Positions 61,302-64,000 of a stretch of DNA of 64,000 nucleotides are shown piece by piece. Below the pieces are notes generated by a model that made no database searches, was not told the origin of the DNA, and was given only the letters and a program-made list of their open reading frames with translations. Position 1 is the stretch's first letter; the number at the start of each line of letters is the position of its first letter. This DNA comes from Marsupella aquatica (taxonomy: Eukaryota; Plantae; Marchantiophyta), in contig OZ316899.1 of assembly GCA_973895155.1 (NCBI GenBank), positions 11,399,675 through 11,463,674 on the forward strand. Direction: 5' to 3'. A program made the position numbers and the translations under genes.

Positions 61302-62228
61302 TGTGATGCCTAGCCAGGAATCACTGGGTTGTGTAAAAGGTAAAACTGGGTGGTATACAATAAATCCACTAGTATAAGGAGGAAAAGATGAGAAAACCAT
61401 AAACAAGTAAGGGAGAAACATATACATGGAACCCGAGCCGAGGCCGGGAGAAAGAGGCGTAACAACCACTAAGGGTTGTGATTAGGTTTAGGACACATTA
61501 ATGCTGGAGGCTACCCGTAATCAGTAAACGAGACAAGCAGCATAGGCCGGAGGGGGGTAAGGGAGGTTCACCCAAGAGTGGCGGCTCACATTTTACCTCA
61601 ATCAAGCAGAGTGCAAGCAAAAGCCAATGATTGTCAACTGCAAAGGAGAACATGGGGGCATAAACAGCTACCGAGCAACAACAGAGGAGGGAATGAGCAA
61701 CATCAATCAAGCGGCACATTTCTAGGGTTGCTTGTTCGAACGGGCAAGTGAGTACATTGGGACCTACAAAGAGGAAGAGTCAGAAAGAGCAGCCCGCAAA
61801 TGACAGGAGCTTGCTAGGCTATGGGAATTGCATAGGTAGGCCTTCTTAGGAGGAGAGTTCATCAAGGCTGAATTCCTGTGGACGCCTACTACGGATGAGC
61901 TCGACGATCTTCTGATTCAAGACAACAGAATTGTCGGCATCCGGCAAGCCATCAACAACTGCAATGACAAACATTGGGACCTACAGGGTTGCACGGAGGC
62001 GCGGACAAAAGCAACAGTGTTGGAAGAATTGTCAAGAGCAGCCAAAATGAAGAGAAAGATGGCCAACAACGAAGAAAACACACCGGCCAAGAGGACAAGG
62101 TTGGCAGTATCAAGAAGCGCGGCCGAACAAGGGAGCTAGAGAGAGGAGGGAGCCAAGGAACCAGAAGTTGACCCGATCAATGTTGTCCCTACCAGAGATG
62201 ACACATGGAAGGGTTGGGCGATGATAAT
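61302..62228 (+). mobile_element. 3' LTR (5' part) of a family A-like element, with a decayed ORF-A
   Basis: Starts TGTGATGCCTAGCCAGGAATCACT right after the PPT; interrupted at 62229. Confidence 0.88.
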
Positions 62229-64000
62229 TGTGACACGGGTAACGTGTCACTTGATCGAACCCAGGTCGTAGATTAGGACTTATACGGTCATTAGGACCGT
62301 AGCCATAGCGTAGAATAGCACGTATAGCCGTCAAGTTGCCATTATGATTAGATAGGAGTAGGTTAAGATAACCGAATAATTACGAGTTCAGGAAAGGGAT
62401 TATTACGCGCGACCGAGGTACGGTGGCGGCAGCGGAGTAAAAATCAGTTAGAAGAATCACGCTTGGACCGAGACGCCGACTTCAGCTCGTTATCAATGAC
62501 CAAACGGCCTGACCTTCTCACGCTCGGGCTCGTCCGGGCACCCCCATAAGAGAGGAGCCGATGGCACTGCGGGCCATTCGCTCACGTTTACCTTTTTGGA
62601 ATTCACGGACGCTGCCATCCGCTCCCCTTTTTGATTGAATCCAGTCGACCTTTACGAGGAAATTATCAAGGGAGAAGAGCGGAATGTGGCGAGATTTAGT
62701 CAGGACGAGCGAGGCCTCCGCGAGAAAGGACCAGCCAGGTGGGAACGTGGACGCAACGAACCGGACTACGAGGTTAGTATGACCCTCACAGTCTTGGGAT
62801 TTTGGACCTTGTTTGGCGAGGTAGGTGCTAAGTTCTCCGAGACTTACTGGTACTCTTGCCCCGAGAAAGCTGCTTACGAACGAAGGTACGCGAAGCTGGT
62901 AACCAAGGTAGCACTGGTTAATTGCGAAAGGACAGCCATCACCAAGGATTCTAGCTATAACGAGCTGCGAGACTACATCACCGAACTATATCTCAGCGAG
63001 GAAGGGCTTAGATCGGTAGCAGAGGCGATTCTTGAGGTTCCAGCTAAGTTCTTTAAGCTGAAGGGCAACCAGCGGCTTACTCAAGCGGAGTTTGACAAGA
63101 TTCCGGGGTACCTAGACCGGCAGATCGCAGCCAAAAAGCGCAAAGAAGACATCAGCAGACAACGGGAAGCGGCGCGTAATCTCACGTTCCTCGGGGAAAG
63201 CTCCAACACCTTCAACTGGGATAGGGCTACCCCAGCGCCTCAACCGATGACCACCGGAGTACCGCCGAACCAGTCCCAAGTCCGTCCAGTAATCAACGCG
63301 GAGTGTTCTTCGGGTTCCGAGCGAGCTAGTCCGCAACTCGAACAGCGTCCTCGTAAGCGGTCAAGGACTACGACGGCCCCCGAATCAACACGGACCGACG
63401 CCGCGCCTGCACCTGCCCCGGCAAACCCCCCGACCAACCAGACCCGACGGCCCCCGGATAACCCGAAGTCCAACTTATTACAGGTAATCCGCATCCCCGA
63501 GGTAGTCTGGATCGCGATCAAGAAACTCGAACATGCGGACTATCTCAAGGAGCATCAGTTGGAGCGGTTCGCCCACTTACTATGGAGGCCGTGCGCCGCC
63601 GGGCCGAAGGAGATTTGTGAGTTCATCTCCAATTTCGACACTGATGCGTCAACCACCAAGGTTTCGGGGCAGACCTTATCACTCACGGAGCATCGGTTAA
63701 CGCAAATTTTCGGCCTACCAACCGGGCCGGTGCCGGTGGAAATCCGAATTCGGGATAAGGAGTATACGCCGCGGCACTTTAAACCCGAGGGTAAGACGGA
63801 CAACGGATACAAGCAGGGGGCGTGCACCAACTTAACCTGTATGGAGCGGCTTAACTTCATACGGACTACCCTACACATGATTGAGCCACGATCCGAGATT
63901 TCCCTCTGCACGATAGTGCAGGTGGAACAGTACAAACGACGAAACTGGGCCCAATTCTTCTACCGAAGATTCTCGGGGGAGCTGAAGCGGGCTCAGGGTG
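62229..64000 (+). mobile_element. Family C LTR, second copy, runs off the right edge
   Basis: Starts TGTGACACGGGTAACGTGTCAC; collinear with the reverse complement of 54304-53922 plus 49250-48015. Confidence 0.88.
62779..64000 (+). CDS. LTR-encoded ORF-A (family C), open to the window edge (>400 codons)
   Basis: My own translation: frame open from 62635, first ATG at 62779, no stop before 64000; absent from the ORF track because it has no stop. Confidence 0.78.
   Translation, partial: MTLTVLGFWTLFGEVGAKFSETYWYSCPEKAAYERRYAKLVTKVALVNCERTAITKDSSYNELRDYITELYLSEEGLRSVAEAILEVPAKFFKLKGNQRLTQAEFDKIPGYLDRQIAAKKRKEDISRQREAARNLTFLGESSNTFNWDRATPAPQPMTTGVPPNQSQVRPVINAECSSGSERASPQLEQRPRKRSRTTTAPESTRTDAAPAPAPANPPTNQTRRPPDNPKSNLLQVIRIPEVVWIAIKKLEHADYLKEHQLERFAHLLWRPCAAGPKEICEFISNFDTDASTTKVSGQTLSLTEHRLTQIFGLPTGPVPVEIRIRDKEYTPRHFKPEGKTDNGYKQGACTNLTCMERLNFIRTTLHMIEPRSEISLCTIVQVEQYKRRNWAQFFYRRFSGELKRAQG

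Overview
This window is a plant-type (probably non-seed land plant, inferred) heterochromatic nest made almost entirely of transposable elements; I see no host gene, rRNA, tRNA or CRISPR array. Most insertion boundaries can be fixed exactly from target-site duplications (TSDs). Three unrelated elements each carry a chromatin-modifier-like cargo. (1) A 10.55-kb Mutator-like element (6358-16910, 11-bp TSD) has a divergent accessory gene encoding a ParB/Srx-like domain fused to a beta-class N6A/N4C DNA-methyltransferase-like fold; its non-coding DNA, including three introns, holds eight copies of a 16-bp palindrome CTAGCGAnnTCGCTAG. (2) A CACTA element (17320-31743, TSD TCT) has a SET-domain exon inside the first transposase intron. 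(3) A 9.9-kb Ty3/Gypsy element (35989-45924) encodes gag-PR-C5 cytosine methyltransferase-RT-RH-INT-PHD and, instead of two LTRs, has split direct repeats A...B-A-B. In addition, three families of 3.7-4.7-kb Gypsy LTRs encode their own conserved proteins, and these plus a fourth (2.7-kb) LTR family share a hairpin motif near the LTR 3' end. A Bianca-type Copia fragment and several degenerate Gypsy pol remnants fill the rest. Nearly all large ORFs carry stops or frameshifts. Domain calls come from motif recognition by eye, not database searches.
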